64,000 nt of DNA from Macrostomum lignano (taxonomy: Eukaryota): NCBI GenBank assembly GCA_002269645.1, contig NIVC01000359.1, positions 1 through 64,000 on the forward strand, read 5' to 3'. The position numbers and the translations under genes were made by a program. This document shows, one piece after another, positions 63,680 through 64,000 of this stretch (position 1 is the first letter of the stretch; every line of letters begins with the position of its first letter). The notes below the pieces were generated by a model. That model was not told the DNA's origin. It saw only the letters and a program-made list of their open reading frames with translations, and made no database searches.

Positions 63680-64000
63680 AGCCTCAGCCTTCCCCACTGG
63701 GCCTTAACTAAGCCGCAGCCTTCCCCACTGGGCCTAAACTAAGCTTAAGCCTGCCCCCTAAACTAAGCCTCAGCCTCCCCCTTAAACTAAACCTCAGCCT
63801 GCCCCCTAAACTAAACCTCAGCCTGTCCCCCTAAACTAAGCCTCAGCCTCTGCCCTAAACTAAACTTCAGCCTGTCCCCCTAAACTAAGCCTCAGCCACT
63901 CCCCTAAACTAAGCCTCAGCCTCTGCCCTAAACTAAACCTCAGCCTGTCCCCCTAAACTAAGCCTCAGCCACTCCCCTAAACTAAGCCTCAGCCTCTGCC
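63680..64000. repeat. 24-25-bp minisatellite (CCTCAGCCTCTGCCCTAAACTAAG)n, BBS1 intron, running off the window
   Basis: Direct reading. Confidence 0.92.

Overview
Eukaryotic (animal) genomic DNA. GC-rich coding exons sit in introns and spacers filled with micro/minisatellites, MITEs and SINEs. This style, plus ATG-less first exons that open at splice acceptors, suggests a trans-splicing flatworm (Macrostomum-like); this is inferred, not proven. Eight consecutive + strand genes were reconstructed from GT-AG sites with consistent intron phases: (1-2) a tandem pair of 9-exon, ~1400-aa genes (unknown N-terminal half, possible RRM-like fold, F-box, LRRs, acidic tail) at 5002-16049 and 19343-28563; (3) dCMP deaminase; (4) a NEPRO/RMP64-like nucleolar protein; (5) a C-type lectin/sushi type I membrane protein; (6) a secreted PAN + F-type lectin carrying a frameshift; (7) a candidate cationic antimicrobial peptide precursor; (8) an N-terminally short FBXL4. 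The 3' part of BBS1 converges from the - strand. The most striking signals are the paralog pair, whose exons alternate between ~99% identical and deeply diverged tracts while homologous introns hold mostly unrelated minisatellites, and three ATG-less phase-0 gene starts that a spliced-leader AUG would complete. Several DNA transposons have verifiable TIRs and TSDs, including a nested hAT insertion. No CRISPR array, rRNA or real tRNA gene is supported. All alignments and family calls were made by eye, without database searches.
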